NCBI GenBank assembly: GCA_010093815.1
Contig: ML996570.1
DNA length: 64,000 nt
Origin: Pseudovirgaria hyperparasitica
Lineage: Eukaryota
Direction: 5' to 3' (one strand)
Notes under the pieces: generated by a model
Database searches by the model: none
What the model saw: only the letters and a program-made list of their open reading frames with translations
Told to the model about the DNA's origin: nothing
Part shown: one piece after another, positions 63,009-64,000 of the stretch
Layout: each line of letters starts with the position of its first letter
Position numbering within the stretch: position 1 is the first letter of the stretch
Translations under genes and position numbers: made by a program

Positions 63009-64000
63009 ATGAAGGTATGACCTCACCACGCTCATAAACGCGCAATGCGACAGCCAAATTAACTCTACCTGTCCACGCGGCAGTATCTTCCGCTACGTGA
63101 TTTTGAAGACGTGACGAGCGCACTCAACTTTACCACGCCTGACTGCCACGTTGTTGGAGGGTGCGACCTCTACACCACCAAGGCCGCTGGCTCGGACAAG
63201 AAGCTCTACAAGTCCATTGAAAACACGCTCGAGACACAACACGCCTCCCTGCTTCGTTTGTCTGCTTCCCTGTCCCCGCCGCAACAAGAGTCTCTTGCCG
63301 ATTCCCTCAATCTCTCGCGTTCTTCACCATTCGGCCCGCTCTCACAGATATCCTCTCGCCGTACCTTCGCATACCTGATAGCAACACTCAATGCATCCCA
63401 CCCAGATTACGATTTCTCGCATGTTTTGCGCCCGGCAGACTTCCGGCGCGAGCGCTCTCTCCGCGGCGTAATGCACACCCTCGACACAACACTATCAAAT
63501 CTCAGGCCCTCCACACTTGTGAGCTCGCCTTCGTCATGGTCGTCCGGACCTATACCCTCAGGCCTTCGCACACCTGGAGGTAGTACAACGTGGGGCCCAC
63601 GAATGTGGCGTCTGATCGATGCTGAGATGGACTTGCGCAAATGTAGCGTATACGCGTACGCGCCTGAGGAAGATCCGTTCGACGGCGACGAGGGTGCAGT
63701 GTGGCGCATGGACTATTTTTTCTTCAATAAAGAACGAAAGAGAGTGTGCTACATGTATCTGCGCGGACTAAGCGTCATCAGCCATTCACCGGTGTTGCGG
63801 CCGATGGGCACTCCGAAGCGCACGCGCAGTGGCATGGGAGGAATGTCAGAGCCTACGACACCGATGACAAGTGGCGCGCGCAAGCGAGCGCGGTATTGGT
63901 TGGGTGAGCGGGCTGATGGGGATGATGTTGAGGGCGGATGGGGCGAGGACGATGAGGATGCTGGGATAATAGCTGAACCAGGCGACGATGAGGTCGATGT
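63009..64000 (+). CDS. MAF1: Maf1, repressor of RNA polymerase III transcription (3' truncated by window end)
   Basis: ATGAAG|intron 63015-63083|YLPLRDFEDVTSALNF...GGCDLYTTKAAGSDKKLYK...PFGPLSQISSRRTFAYLIATLNASHPDYDFS...YFFFNKERKRV. Confidence 0.93.

Noticed and set aside
1..64000. TGA-CTA readthrough motifs yielding cryptic peroxisomal targeting signals; tRNA, rRNA, snoRNA or transposon sequences
   Set aside because: The stop codons I inspected (nudE, ACC1, SDR, GCLM-like, DUF1993) lack the TGA-CTA context. No cloverleaf, paired C/D boxes, terminal repeats or transposase/RT motifs were recognised by eye; a covariance-model scan could still find some.

Overview
Intron-rich genomic DNA from a filamentous ascomycete (Pezizomycotina; GT-AG introns of about 45-150 nt with CTRAC/CTAAY branch points). 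It carries about 18 protein-coding genes: the 3' end of a peroxisomal adenine nucleotide carrier, NudE, acetyl-CoA carboxylase, a Cti6-like PHD protein, a conserved hypothetical protein, a GTPBP1/2-like GTPase, a TPR+SET protein, a maltose-permease-like MFS transporter, a Clg1/Pho85-type cyclin, a Gyp2/Mdr1 Rab-GAP, an arabinitol-dehydrogenase-like SDR, mitochondrial uL15, a three-gene accessory island (ADP-ribosyltransferase-like protein, DUF1993, secreted 3x PAN/Apple-like protein), a glutamate-cysteine ligase modifier-like protein, AP-1 sigma and the 5' part of Maf1. There is one assembly gap next to an (AGTC)n array, and I recognised no tRNA, rRNA or transposon. The most notable unexplained structures are: (1) a long, probably spliced 5' leader of the cyclin gene packed with nested uORFs, Pro-stop and PPW motifs, a TAA-TAG-TGA triple stop and mutually exclusive hairpins; (2) two alternative in-frame terminal exons in the AP-1 sigma gene; (3) two GC-AG introns; (4) a possible leaky-scanning vacuolar versus plasma-membrane isoform pair in the sugar transporter. 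All exon models were derived by hand from splice signals and frame continuity; family calls come from remembered motifs, not database searches.
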